A stretch of DNA of 64,000 bases from assembly GCF_009914755.1 (NCBI RefSeq), contig NC_060947.1; one strand, written 5' to 3'. The notes beneath the pieces are model-generated. The model was not told where the DNA came from, did not search any database, and worked only from the letters and a program-made list of their open reading frames with translations. A program made the position numbers and the translations under genes. Of this stretch, positions 23,786 to 44,262 are shown one piece after another (position 1 is the stretch's first letter; each line of letters opens with the position of its first letter). Source of the DNA: the human T2T-CHM13v2.0 reference genome, Homo sapiens.

Positions 23786-24733
23786 ATGGCCCAGCTCGGA
23801 GGGGCCGCGAACCGGGCACCCACGGCCTCTCTCGCGCCGACCTCGCAGAGCCTGCGGTGCGCCCCGCAGCCCCGCCCCTCGAGAGCGGACACTGGTAGCC
23901 TGGGCAGGTACTGGGGCAAAGCCGCAGCCGCCGCCTCCCGGGAGCACCCCTTCCCAGGCACGCTGATGCACTCTGCAGCGGGCTCAGGGCGCCGGCGGGG
24001 AGCGCTGCGGGAACTGCTGGGGCTGCAGCGGGCGGCTCCTGCCGGGTGGCTGTCGGAGGAGCGCGCCGAGGAGCTGGGCGGGCCGAGTGGGCCGGGCAGC
24101 AGCAGGCTGTGCCTGGAACCGCGGGAGCACGCGTGGATTCTGGCAGCCGCCGAGGGCCGCTATGAGGTGCTGCGGGAGCTGCTGGAGGCTGAGCCGGAGC
24201 TGCTGCTGAGGGGCGACCCGATCACCGGCTACTCGGTTCTGCACTGGCTGGCCAAGCACGGGCGCCACGAGGAGCTCATTCTGGTACACGACTTCGCCCT
24301 ACGCCGGGGGCTGAGGCTCGACGTGAGCGCCCCAGGCAGCGGCGGCCTCACGCCCCTCCACCTGGCGGCCCTTCAGGGCCACGACATGGTCATCAAGGTG
24401 CTGGTGGGCGCCCTGGGTGCTGACGCTACGCGCCGCGACCACAGCGGCCACCGGGCCTGCCACTACCTGCGGCCCGACGCGCCTTGGAGGTTGCGGGAGC
24501 TGTCGGGAGCCGAGGAATGGGAGATGGAGAGCGGCAGCGGGTGCACCAACCTGAACAACAACAGCAGCGGCACCACTGCGTGGAGGGCCGCGAGCGCAGT
24601 GGGCGCGACGGCTGTGGAGACAAGCAGGAGAGTGGCAGCGTCGCGGACCAAGGCGAAGGACACCGCGGGCAGCCGGGTGGCGCAAATGCATAGCCTTTTC
24701 CGCCATCTGTTCCCCTCATTCCAGGACCGTTGA
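23786..24733 (+). CDS. SOWAHD: Ankyrin repeat domain-containing protein SOWAHD (ANKRD58), single-exon, 315 aa
   Basis: ATG at 23786 is in strong Kozak context (ACCATGG) inside ORF 23651-24733. The protein MAQLGGAANRAPTASL...HLFPSFQDR has ankyrin-type motifs (GYSVLHWLAKHG, GLTPLHLAALQGHDMVIKVLV, GADATRRDHSGHRA). It is intronless, CpG-rich and next to RPL39, as recalled for Xq24. Confidence 0.95.
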   Translation: MAQLGGAANRAPTASLAPTSQSLRCAPQPRPSRADTGSLGRYWGKAAAAASREHPFPGTLMHSAAGSGRRRGALRELLGLQRAAPAGWLSEERAEELGGPSGPGSSRLCLEPREHAWILAAAEGRYEVLRELLEAEPELLLRGDPITGYSVLHWLAKHGRHEELILVHDFALRRGLRLDVSAPGSGGLTPLHLAALQGHDMVIKVLVGALGADATRRDHSGHRACHYLRPDAPWRLRELSGAEEWEMESGSGCTNLNNNSSGTTAWRAASAVGATAVETSRRVAASRTKAKDTAGSRVAQMHSLFRHLFPSFQDR

Positions 24734-25288
24734 CAGGGACAGAGACTGGAGAGCTAGGAGGGGCTGTGACACTGTGGCGATGGCTAGGTCCTGGGTTGTC
24801 CCGGGTTCCACCGAAGGAGAGGCGCCTTGGACGCTGCTTGGGCCTGCAAGGAACAGAACACGTCGGGGTCCGACTCAGGTACTTGTCTCAGGTCTCCTGT
24901 AACCACCGGCCTGGAGGACCCGGGGACTCGGGCACCACCTCACCAAGAGAGAGTGAAGGACCAAGCTGGCCTGGCTCCGAGTTCCAAAGCTACAGGACTA
25001 AGGAGTTGGGAGCAGGGAGCGTGGTCCTGCTTGGGAGAGGGCAAGTTAAGCTTCCAGGGGCCATTTCTGGGCAGGCCGACGCGCTGGGTTTATTAGGAAA
25101 CATTCGCTAGAAGAATGAGTTAAGATTGTAAACCACCAATGCAGAGAAAACGCCTAACTCTGCCGGCCTCGCTCGGCCATTAATGGGTCTTGGGGTGCGG
25201 GTAGAGTCAGCCTCTGACAACCTCCTCCTGAGACGACCCAGCCTTACTGGTACTTTTTCTCATGTATCACAGGTTACTTCTTATGTAT

Positions 25289-25294
25289 ATTAAA
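25289..25294 (+). terminator. Probable SOWAHD polyadenylation signal (ATTAAA)
   Basis: ATTAAA with upstream TGTA motifs and a downstream GT/T-rich tract (tatgtgttcttttc), about 560 bp after the stop codon. Confidence 0.55.
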
Positions 25295-26002
25295 GTGGAA
25301 TATGTGTTCTTTTCACATGACAAGGCTGTCCTTTCAGTGTTTTCCCCCACCTCCCTTACTAACCACAAAGGAAGAAGCTGCATATGTTTGCAGGGTAGAG
25401 GTCACCCAACCATGGCCGTGATGTTGTGCCCCCCGGGGCAGGCTCTGGGCCTCCTTCTCAGAACAAATGGCCAGAGCTGTGCACAGAAGAAGCTACTTCC
25501 ACTTGGATCAGAGGAGAAACATACAGTTCACCTCTGTCCTGAGCTCTTTGATGGTCTGGCCTCAGGCACCAGCCTCATCCTAGAAGAGTTGTCATATAGG
25601 GGCCTTGGGTTGGGGGTAAAAGGCAAAAGTTTCCAAATTTACATTTCTGATATTTCCACGGTCAGTCATGTAATTTACCTTGATTTGTGGCCTCTAATGA
25701 GACACACCCACGGGCACTTTTTTTTTTCCAAGATGGGGCTTTCCTCAGTAGCATTTATTTATTTATTTTTGAAATGGAGTCTCACTCTGTCACCCAGACT
25801 GGAGTGCAGTGGCGCAATCTTGACTCATCGCAACCTCTGCCTCCCGGGTTCAAGCAATTCTCCTGCCTCAGCCTCCCAAATAGCTACAGGCACCCGCCAC
25901 CACGCCCGGCTGATTTTTTTTTTTTTTTTTTTTTTGGTATTTTTAGTAGAGACGGGGTTTCACTATGTTGGCTGGGCTGGTCTCGAACTCCTGACCTAGT
26001 GA

Positions 26003-26479
<477 letters not shown>

Positions 26480-27534
26480 TAGACCAGCCTGGGCAATATA
26501 GGGAGACCCTGTCTCTACAAAAATATACAAAAATTAGCCAGTTGTAGTGGTGCAGGCCTGTAGTCCCAGCTACTAGAGAAGCTGAGGTGGGAGGATTGCT
26601 TGAGCCTGGGAGGTGGAGGCTGCAGTGAGTAAAGCATTCCACTGCACTCCAGCCTGGGTGACAGAGTGGGACCCTATCTCAATAAATATATATATTTCAC
26701 TTACGTAAAATTCTTTTTAAAAAGATAAGTTTAATGCATAAATTGTAGCTTGCAAAATTGCTCCCATTCAGAAATGGCATGAATTAAATAGACGACAGGA
26801 GGGTTGACTGAGCCTGAAAGGCCAGGAAAGCAGTTGCGGCTACAGACCCATGCTGCCTTGGAGAACAGTGCATTTTAAAAATAGCACTGTATCCCTGAAG
26901 GCTTGGGTAGCCCTTGCAATGGACTGTCGCGTTCCCCAGCCCTCTCATCCCAGTCCGTGAACACCAGCCAGAAACAGTCACCACTAACAAACAGCCCAGA
27001 AACGCCACCCTGAGCCCATCCATCCAGGTTTCCATCTCTGCCTGGTGGGCCTGTTTGCTTCTGTGCTCAAAACTTTCCTACTTTCCTTTATTTTTTATTT
27101 TTGAGATGGCGTCTCACTCTTACCCAGTCTGGAGTACCGTGGCAACGATCATAGCTCATTGCAGCCTCAAACACCTGGGCTCCGGTGAACCTCCTGCCTC
27201 AGCCTCCCAAGTAGCTGGGACTACAGGCACATGTTGCCATGCTCAGCTATTTTTTTTGTGTGTGTGTCTGTACAGACAGGGTCTCGCTATGTTGCTTAAG
27301 CTGGTCTCGAACTCCTGGGTTCAAGTCATCCTCCCACCTCAGCCTCCCAAAGTGCTGGAATTACAGATATAAGACTCTGTGCCTGGCCCACACTGCCTTC
27401 CTTTAGTAACCCATGAGGGTCTTCTCAATCATGAAATGATCCAAACCCCCTTGCTGTTTTCAGCCTGTCCCATGTCTCCAGGAGCTACACCTTAAACACA
27501 CTTACACAGTGTAATAGAGCATTTCCTTTGTCTT

Positions 27535-27535
27535 T

Positions 27536-27566
<31 letters not shown>
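27535..27566 (+). repeat. (TTTC)n microsatellite derived from an Alu tail
   Basis: Read directly; abuts a minus-strand Alu. Confidence 0.85.
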
Positions 27567-27567
<1 letters not shown>

Positions 27568-29889
27568 TTTTTTTAGATGGAGTCTTGCTCTGTTGCCCAG
27601 GCTGGAGTGCAATGGTGTGATCTCAGCTCACTGCAACCTCCGCTTCCAGGGTTCAAGTGATTCTCCCTGCCTCAGCCTCCTGAGTAGCTGGGATTACAGG
27701 CACCCACCACCACGCCCAGCTAATTTTTGTATTTTTGGTAGAGATGGGGTTTCACCATGTTGGCCAGGCTGGTCTCGAACTCCTGACCTCAGGTGATCCG
27801 CCCACCTTGGCCTCCTAAAGTGCTGGGATTACAGGCATGAGCCACCGTGCCTGGCCTTCCTTTGTCTTTTCTAAATGAACTTCTTTTCTTTAGTAATTGA
27901 AGGAGGGAGGGCTAACAGTTCCTAGATTCTGGCAGTTGGCATTGGCATCTGGCATTAACTCCCTCCACCCCGTGCCCATTTTATAGATGCGAACAGGCCA
28001 ACTGATGCAGGACTGTGGTTTCTGTTCCACAACCTCCCCCTTGACAGCTGCCAAGGTGGGTTGGGCTTGGTGAAGGCTGTCAGGGCAGGGCCTTCCTGCC
28101 ACTTGGCTGAGTCTGCAGGCTCCTGGCTTGCAGGGAAGATTGGTGTGTGCTGAGCATTCAAAGGACACTTATAACAGTAGTCCCCTCTTTATAGGAAAAG
28201 TTTGAACCTAAGCATCTTAACTGTTAGCAGATCTGGGGGCCTGAGACAAGCGTTCACCCTACTCTTTCCAAAACGAAAACCAAATTACCTGGAAGATTTG
28301 AAAACGGTTTTCTGTAGTTTTCCTGTAGTCAGCTACTCTTCCCCACAGATTTTTCTCATCATGTGATACTGCCTAGCCTATCTCCTCCATGTAAAATTGA
28401 GGTTTGGCTGCAGGGGACAAACTCCCATGCTGAAAACTCTCCGTGCCTCACATCAAGCCGTTGGCATTTCTGGTATGCTTTTTGAGGCAAGACTGGTATG
28501 CTTACCCCAAGAGAAAGAGCAAATTCCCCGAGAAACCTCTTTCCAGGGGAGCAAAGTGGAGTTAAGCAGATGATGCAAGACTTCATTCTAGCAGGGGAGC
28601 CGAGCAAGAAGAGGAGACAGAAGCAGGGCTGTGATGGATCAGGGGGAGGGGGTGCTGAGGGAGCGCAGGAGGCAGGGCCGGATCCAGGTCAAGAGGAATA
28701 GAAAAGGCTTTTGGGGAGGAAGGTGGTGCCTGATCTGAGGCTCGAGGGGTGAGTGGGAGTTGACCGTTGAGTGTGGCAAGTACCATGCACTATAAAGGCA
28801 GAGGGTTTGGCAGTAGGGTGGAAGCTGGGGAGTGGTTAATGGCAAGGCTGGAGAAGTGGAAGGGGGTCCAGATCACCTAAAAGAGGTTCATGAAGTTTAG
28901 CCAAAAGGTAGTTGGGAATCATGGAGGGTTTCTAAGCAGAGGAGTAGCATGATGAGATTTTGGAAGATCACTCTAGCAGTCACCTGGAGGATGAATGTGC
29001 CAGGGGAGAAAACTGGCGGCAAATGCATCGCAAAAGCAAAACACTTCTAGAGCAATGCTTTCAGAAAAGTCATACTAACAAGGCTGTATGCCTGTAGTTG
29101 CTGTTTGCCTGTAGTCCCAGCTACTTGGGAGGCTGAGGTGGGAGGGTCACCTGATTCCAGGAAGTAGAGGCTGCAGTGAACATGATCGTGCCATGGCACT
29201 CCAGCCTGGGCAACAGAGCAAGACCCTGTTTCTAAAAAAATTAGTCATTCTTCACCCCAGGAAGTTCAAAGACCCCTGTGAGGGCAGTGCCTTTCAAACT
29301 TCTCTTTTTTTCTCCTCCAAAGTCTTTGCTCTAATGAAGCTTACCTAGAATCCCCATGTGTAAATCTCCCCACCCCCGCCTCTATTCTAGACAGACAGTC
29401 CTACACGGTGGCCCCTGGAGTAAAATTCAAAACCACTGGTGTGGTGGAAAGCTCTCAGCCTTGCCTGGGTTCAAATCCTAGCTCCCGATTCATGACCTTG
29501 AGCTACTTGCTGGCCTGAGTGGCAATTTCCTCATCTGTGAAATGGGACCAATAGAATATTTTTTGCAGGTTTGTTCTGAGCATTCAAGATAATGTATGTG
29601 CAACATCTGGCACACTGCGTGACACATAGGGAATAGGAAATAACAGCTGTTTGAAAGAATCCTAAGGGGCTCAGCAGGTTCTTGTGGCAAAACTACATTA
29701 TCTGCTAGGGTAGTCCAGGAGGGATCTTGTGGTTTACCTGCATTATGTCAGCTTTAAAATGAATTTGCATTTATTGCAAGTTATTTTCCATCTGTGCCAG
29801 AGGAGTGACTGTTCCTCAAAGGAGATGTTGGCTCCTCTGCTGATGTTCTTCACAAGCTATATATTTTTACTTTTGACATAACAACCACT

Positions 29890-33842
<3,953 letters not shown>

Positions 33843-34401
33843 ATAATTGCAACCAGCGAACTTACCTTGTTCTTCACTCACGGAAGTAAAAGAGCAACTT
33901 GGTAAGTGCCCACCAAATATTAAATATGTTAGATATTGTTTTCAGATAAAGTCATAAACTGGAGTCAGAGTTAAACCTGAAATCCTCTGAAGAGAATCAA
34001 ATTATACAAGTCCTTCATCTCCTGGCCCTATTCATCTGTGGGAATGCCCCCTAACCCCAGCTAACATAACATATATTCCACACCAAGACTCCCCATCTTC
34101 CCTCCTTCCCTTCATTCTGACAAAGGAGCATGCCTGTCCTCTTTCAAGATATCGCTCATGCTCTCAACCGCCTCTCCTCTCAGGGTTTACTGGCATCAAT
34201 TGTCTTCTCCTGCATCTTCAAACTTACCCACAGTTTAGTTCAGTACAACAGACATTTTATTTTTAACTTTTTTCTTTTTTGAGACGGAGTCTCACTCTGT
34301 TGCCAGGCTGGAGTGTAGTGGCGTGATCTTGGCTTGGCTCCCAGCAACCTCCACCTCCTGGGTTCAAGCGATTCTCCTGCCTCAGCCTCCCCAGTAGCTG
34401 G

Positions 34402-35122
34402 TGACAGGTGAAGACAGCAGGACTTCCTGGGTCGAGTGGGGACTTGGAGAACTTTTCTGTGGAGCTAAAGGTTTGTAAACGCACCAATCAGCACTCTGTA
34501 AAAACGCATCAATCAGTGCTCCGTGTCTAGCTAAAGGTTTGTAAATGCACCAATCAGCACTCTGTAAAAATGCACCAATCAGCGCTCTGTGTCTAGCTAA
34601 AGGTTTGTAAATGCACCAATCAGCACTCTGTAAAAACGCACCAATCAGTGCTCTGTGTCTAGCTAAAGGTTTGTAAATGCACCAATCAGCACTTTGTAAA
34701 AATGCACCAATCAACAGTGTGTAAAATGGACCAATCAGCGCTCTGTAAAATGGACCAATCAGCAGGATGTGGGTGGGGCCCAATAAGGGAATAAAAACTG
34801 GCCACCCAAACCACCAGCAGCAACCTGGTTGGGTTCCTTTCCATGCTGTGGGAGCTTTGTTCTTTTGCTCTTCACAATAAATCTTGCTGTTGCTCTACCT
34901 TTATAAACTGTAACACTCACCGCGAGCGTCTGCAGCCCTGAAGTCAGTGAGACCACGAACCCACTGGAAGGAAGAAACTGTGGACATATCTGAACATCTG
35001 AAGGAACAAACTCCGAGACACATCATCTTCAAGAGCTGTAACACTCACCGCAAGGGTCTGCAGCTTCATTCTTGAAGTCAGCGAGACCAATAACCCACTG
35101 GAAGGAATACATTCTGGACACA
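34402..35122 (+). mobile_element. ERV9 solo LTR (short LTR12, LTR12F-like) inserted in an Alu
   Basis: TGACAGGTGAAG...TTCTGGACACA termini and tandem GCACCAATCAGC repeats. The Alu sequence resumes on both sides (gtagctgg|tgggactacagg). Confidence 0.88.
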
Positions 35123-35286
35123 TGGGACTACAGGCGTGCTGCACCATGCCTAGCTAATTTTTGTATTTTTAGTAGAGATGGGTTTCACCATGTTGGCCAA
35201 GATGTTCTCGATCTCTTGACCTCATGATCCACCCGCCTCCACCTCTGAAAGTGCTGGATTACAGGCGTGAGCCACCCCGCCTGGCC

Positions 35287-35755
35287 TATTTTAAGTTCAG
35301 GTGTACATGTGTGGGTTTGTTATATAGGTAAACGTGTGTCATGGGGGTTTGTTGTACAGATTATTTCATCACCCAGGTATTAAGCCTAGTACCCATTATT
35401 TAGAGATGGAGTCTTGCTCTGTCACCCAGGCAGGAGTGCAGTGGCACTATTTCAGCTCACCTGCAACCTCCACCTCCCAGGTTCAAGTGATTCTCCTGCC
35501 TCGGCCTCCCGAGTAGCTGAAACTATGCCCTGCCTGGCTAATGTTTGTATTTTCAGTGGAGACGGGGTTTCACCATGTTGGTCAGGCTGGTCTCAAACTG
35601 ACATCTGGTGATCTCCCTGTCTCAGCCTCCCAAAGTGCTGGGATTACAGGCATGAACCACTGCACTCTCCCATTATTTTTCTTGATCCTCACCCTCCTCC
35701 CACCCTCCACTCTCTGATAGGCCCCAGTGTGTGTTGTTCCCCTCTATGTGTCCAT
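35287..35755 (-). mobile_element. 5'-truncated L1PA 3' end with an internal Alu
   Basis: ttaagttcaggtgtacatgtg...aggccccagtgtgtgttgttcccctctatgtgtccatg. A 15-bp TSD GTACAACAGACATTT sits at 34243-34257 and 35756-35770. Confidence 0.75.
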
Positions 35756-36235
35756 GTACAACAGACATTTAGTAAGTCATTAATAGGAGTGTCACTCTGA
35801 GTGACAAAAAAGCTCAAGTCTTCCCTAGCCTTCTGGCTCAAACTTGTCTCTTCTCTTCATAGTAAAGCCTGTCTGCTGAGAGGTCTCCTCACTTCATCAT
35901 CTCCATTTCCTTACCTCTTCCTCAGTCCTTAACTTTCTGCATTCTGGCTTCTGCCTCTATCATCCCAGAGTAATTGCTTCCAGAAAGGGCGTGGTGGCTC
36001 ACACCTGTAATTCTAGGACTTTGGGAGGTCAAGGCAGGGGGATCACCTGAGGTCAGGAGTTTGAGACCAGCCTGGCCAGCATGGCGAAACCCCGTCCCTA
36101 CTAATAACCAGGTGTGGTGGTACATACCTGTGATCCCAGCTACTCAGGAGGCTGAGGCATGAGAATTGCTTGAACCCGGGAGGTGTAGGTTGCAGTGAGC
36201 CAAAAGAAAAAAAAAAGTCCCCCATGATGACCTCC

Positions 36236-37437
<1,202 letters not shown>

Positions 37438-37488
37438 TAGTCTTCCATAACCTCCTATGGCTTTAATTGCTGGGGTTTACCAGGATGA

Positions 37489-37836
<348 letters not shown>

Positions 37837-38037
37837 TAGGATTACAGGCATGAGCCACTGCACCCTCCCTGCCTCTCCCAAAGTTGTTTTTTCCCTTCCC
37901 CACTTACCCTCCCTCACTCTGCTCCAGCCACTCAGTCCTCCTTGCTGATCCTTCGAACAGCCATGTTCTTCTCAACCCTGGGGTTCCTGCATGCTGTTCA
38001 CTCTCCAGAAACACTTTCCCCTCTCCCTTGCTCCTGA

Positions 38038-38364
<327 letters not shown>

Positions 38365-39102
38365 TAGTAGAGACGGGGTTTCACCATGCTGGCCAGGCTG
38401 GTCTCGAACTCCCAACCTCAGGTGATCTGCCTGTCTCAGCCTCCCAAAGTACTAGGATTCTGTAATCCCACAGATTACAGAATCAAGGCGGGTGGATCAC
38501 TTGAGCCCAGGAGTTCTCAATCAGCATGGGCAACATGGCAAAACCCCATCTCTACAAAATAGAAAACAATTAGCTGGGCATGGTGGCACATGCCTATAGT
38601 CCCAGCCACCTGGGAGGCTGAGATGGGAGGATCACCTGAGCCTGGGAAGTCGAGGCTGCAGTGAGCCATGATCGCGCCACTGCACTACAGCCTGGGTGAC
38701 AGAGTGAGACTCTGTCTCAAAAAAAAAAAAAAAGCATCAACGTTAGCATGTGGACTGCTGCTGAGAACCCACTGATTCGGGATGGAGAGGAGTAAGCTAG
38801 GATTAGAGGGACTGGTAAGAGGCTATGGTCTGTAGAGTCAGATGGACAGATAAGAGAGATTTCATGGAATCAACAAGACTTGTGATTGACTGAATGTAGG
38901 GGAGGAGGAAGACAGAGGTGGCAAGGGTGATGCTCAGGTTTCTGACTTGAGCAACAGGGTGGATGGTGGTGTCATTTACTGAGAGGAAGGGCCATGAGAA
39001 GAATAGGTTTTTTTGGTGGGTAGGGGAAGGGGATCAAAACTTGTTTTGGATACATTAAGTTTGAGATTGGCTATATGACATCGAGGTGAAGAGATCCAAT
39101 AG

Positions 39103-39449
<347 letters not shown>

Positions 39450-41384
39450 TAGGCATGAGTCACCGTGCCCGGCCAGGAGAGGGGTTTTATTTTGGCTTGG
39501 GAGGCACAGCTTGTTTGTGTAATGACACAAAGGACTCAAAAGAAAAGGAGAAGTAGGAAGACAGAGGAGTCAACACGAATAGTCAATGGATCAAAGCTCC
39601 CAAGAGGTGGGAAGGGATAAGGCAGAGCATAGGACTAGGAATTTGTCTCACAGAGGAGGAGACTCTGGAGTCAGACAGTCTGATTAGAGCTTAGTTCTAC
39701 CACCTTCTAGCTGTGAGACCCTGGGTAAGTCACTCACTCTCCCTGAGTCTTACTTTCCTTGACTATAATACAATGGAATTGGCCAGGACTGGTGGCTCAT
39801 GCCTGTAATCCCAGCACTTTGGGAAGCCAAGGCGGGTGGATCACAAGGTCAGGAGTTCAAGACCAGCCTGGCCAAGATGGTGAAACCCCGTCTCTACTAA
39901 AAATACAAAAATTAGCCAGGCATGGTGGCAGGTGCCTGTAATCCCAGCTACTCGGGAGGCTGAGGCAGAGAATTGCTTGAACCCAGGAGGCAGAGGTTAC
40001 AGTGAGCCGAGATCGCACCACTGCACTCCAGCCTGGGTGACAGAGTGAGACTCCGTCTCAAGGGGGAAAAAAAAGGAATTATGAGTACCTGCCTCATAAA
40101 TTTGGGCTGATCATTAAAGGAGATAATGCATGTAATATGCTTACCATTGTGTCTTGCACATAGGAACATTGCATAAATGGTAGCTGTTATTATTATAACA
40201 GGAGTGCAGGAGGAAAAAGAGGGCGCACATACAGGTGAGTTCACAGGTTTGGTTGCAGGAAGTTAAACACATTCTGTTTTTTCTTTTCTTTTTCTTTCTT
40301 TCCTTTCCTTTTTTTTTTCTTTTTTTTTTTTTTTGAGACAGAGTATTGCTCTGTCACCCAGGCTGCAGTGCAGTGGCAGGATCTTAGCTCACTGCAACCT
40401 CCGCTTCCTAGGTTCAAGTGATTCTCTTGCCTCAGCCTCCTGAATAGCTGGGATTACGGGCATGTGCCACCAAGCCCAGCTAATTTTTGTGTTTTTAGTA
40501 GAGACGGGGTTTCACCATATTGGCCAGGCTGGTCTTGAACTCCTGACCTCAGGTGATCTGCCTGCCTCAGCCTCCCAAAGTGCTGGGATTACTGGCATGA
40601 TCCACCACGCCCAGCCTACTAACCTCGATGATTTCTTAAACCCAAACCTGATAGGCCACTGTCTACTTTTGAACTCTTTAATGTTTCTCTTGGCCTCAGG
40701 ATAGAATTGAAGCTCTCACTTAAGACTTAGAGGCTCCTCGTGATCTGGCGTCTGCTTACCTCTCCAGCCTCATTCCTATTCACTACTTCCTGTTCGCATC
40801 CTCTTTCTTCACCCACGAATACATCCCCTTTCTACACTCCTGCCATGCAGTAACTTTCAGTTCCCGATCTCCCAGCTTTCTCTTGACTGGGCCTTTTCAC
40901 AGTCTGTTTCCTCTGCATAGGACATGAACGTTCCACCCGGCAGCCTCAGCCGCAAAACCTAGCTCCTCGTGGGCCTCCAGGGCTCAGTTTGCTCTTCCTC
41001 AGTCCCTCCCGTGTTCGGTACAGGTTCCCAAGACCCTAGTGCCTTCCTTGCCGCAGCACTCTGCACTAGGAGCTGTGTCGGCACTGTCATCTGCCTCCAT
41101 GTAGGCTGGGAGTCCAAGAAGATGTGGGCCTGTGGTTGTGGTTCACTGCTGCAGCTCAGCACCCAGCACAGATACAACACTATGTATCTGCCTCATAGTC
41201 TGAAACGGGTGTTTGAGAATGAACAAGTGGGAGTTGGAGGCAGCTGACCTTGAATTTAGATCCACAGGCTTTCTGATTTAACTAATAGTTGTGTTTTTTG
41301 TATTCATTTGCCTTCAGTTCCCATGCCCTTCTTCCTTTGGAGAGCCCCGTGGAAACAATTTTTCTTTTTTCTTTCATTTTTTGA

Positions 41385-41567
<183 letters not shown>

Positions 41568-41904
41568 TGACCAGGCTGGTCTCCAACTCCTGACCTCAAG
41601 CGATCCACCCGCCTCAGTCTCCCAAAGTGCTGGGATTACAGGCCTGAGCCACCGTGCCCGGCCTGGAAACAGTTTTTCTAATGAACACCATGTTAGATGT
41701 ACATTAGACAGTTACAAATGTGGCATTATAGGTTCATGATTTTAGAGGTTAGCGATCAAGTCCAATTTCCTCATTTCAAATGGAAGAAAACAGGTCCCCA
41801 AAGCTGCGGTGGCTTGTTAGTGGCAGGCTAGTTGTAGCTGTAAAACTGGGACTAAGCCTCAGATTTCTTGATACCAGTGCTCTTTCTCCTATCCCATACC
41901 ATGC

Positions 41905-42895
<991 letters not shown>

Positions 42896-43003
42896 ATACT
42901 ATCTCTAGCATTCTTCAAAATGCCAGTGAAATGCTGTCTTTTGAAGCACAAAGTTCTGTTTGTATAAAGTGTCATCATTCTGTGATTCCCAAATTACATA
43001 CTA

Positions 43004-43366
<363 letters not shown>

Positions 43367-43705
43367 TTAATTAATTAATTAATAAAATACAATATAAATA
43401 TGCACTTCACACTACGGACATACATTGTTTTGGCATCAGCCATATCAGACCTTTTTTATTTAAAATATGTAAGTTCAGAATATTTTCCTTGGCCTCTGTG
43501 AATACTTCTCTATCATTGTGCTTATAACAATGTATGATAATTGTCTATGTATTTATCTCCTTGACTAGATCCATGCCTTTCAAACTACACAAGCAACCTA
43601 TTAGTGGGGCATGAAATCCATTTTTTCAATGAAATGGGATAAAATAAAAACATAAGTATGCATTGCACACAAGTAAGTATGAAATCAAGAAACTTGCAGG
43701 ATTGC

Positions 43706-43710
<5 letters not shown>

Positions 43711-43744
<34 letters not shown>
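43711..43744 (+). repeat. (TG)17 microsatellite
   Basis: Read directly from the sequence. Confidence 0.95.
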
Positions 43745-43746
<2 letters not shown>

Positions 43747-44125
43747 GTGGCCACTGGAATAGATTGTGAGATCCTAAAGGCAGGGTCCATGCCCAACCTA
43801 TTCACCACTGCATCCCCAGCAGCCAGTGCACTGTTTGGCACATGTAGGTGTTCTGTAAATATGTGTTAAATGAATGAAATTTATTCTTGAATGCTCCTAT
43901 TAAGAGATGAACATCCTCATCTTCTTGGGACCCTTCACCCTTTCCTAAGAATAGTACTGGGCTCGAGACTTGTACTTCAGGGAGTCTTACAGCAATGTAT
44001 TTATTATTCATCCATTTTCAGTTTTCAGTTTGGGTCTACATATCTACACCAGTGTGAAATTTCTGTTAACTGCCTGCCGGAACAGAAACTATCTACTCCC
44101 TCCCCAAATATGTCAAGAGTAAAAA

Positions 44126-44262
44126 AGGAGGGAGAGAGAGAGGAAGAGAAGGAAGGAAGGAAGGGAGGGAAGGAAGGAAGGAAGGAAGGAAGGAAGGAAG
44201 GAAGGAAGGAAGGAAGGAAGGAAGGAAGGAAGGAAGGAAGGAAAGGAGGCAGGGAGGGAAGA
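44126..44262 (+). repeat. Purine-rich tract with an uninterrupted (GGAA)19 at 44168-44243
   Basis: Read directly from the sequence. Confidence 0.95.

Larger units (their letters stand above)
23250..25200. promoter_or_regulatory. CpG island covering the SOWAHD promoter and gene body
   Basis: Dense CpG and high GC with GC-box-like motifs (e.g. GGGGCGGGG near 23248, GAGGCGGGGC at 23441). Boundaries are approximate. Confidence 0.85.

Noticed and set aside
23169-24719. Antisense and alternate-frame ORFs over the SOWAHD island
   Set aside because: Shadow ORFs caused by high GC content.
25262-25999. 245-aa ATG-initiated ORF downstream of SOWAHD
   Set aside because: It has no recognisable domain, ends in an Alu and spans the probable poly(A) signal, so it is likely a chance ORF.
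34480-34762. Regular repeats resembling a CRISPR-like array and a repetitive ORF (ALIGAFLQSADWCIYKPLARH)
   Set aside because: These are LTR12 tandem CCAAT enhancer repeats with no unique spacers, in eukaryotic DNA.
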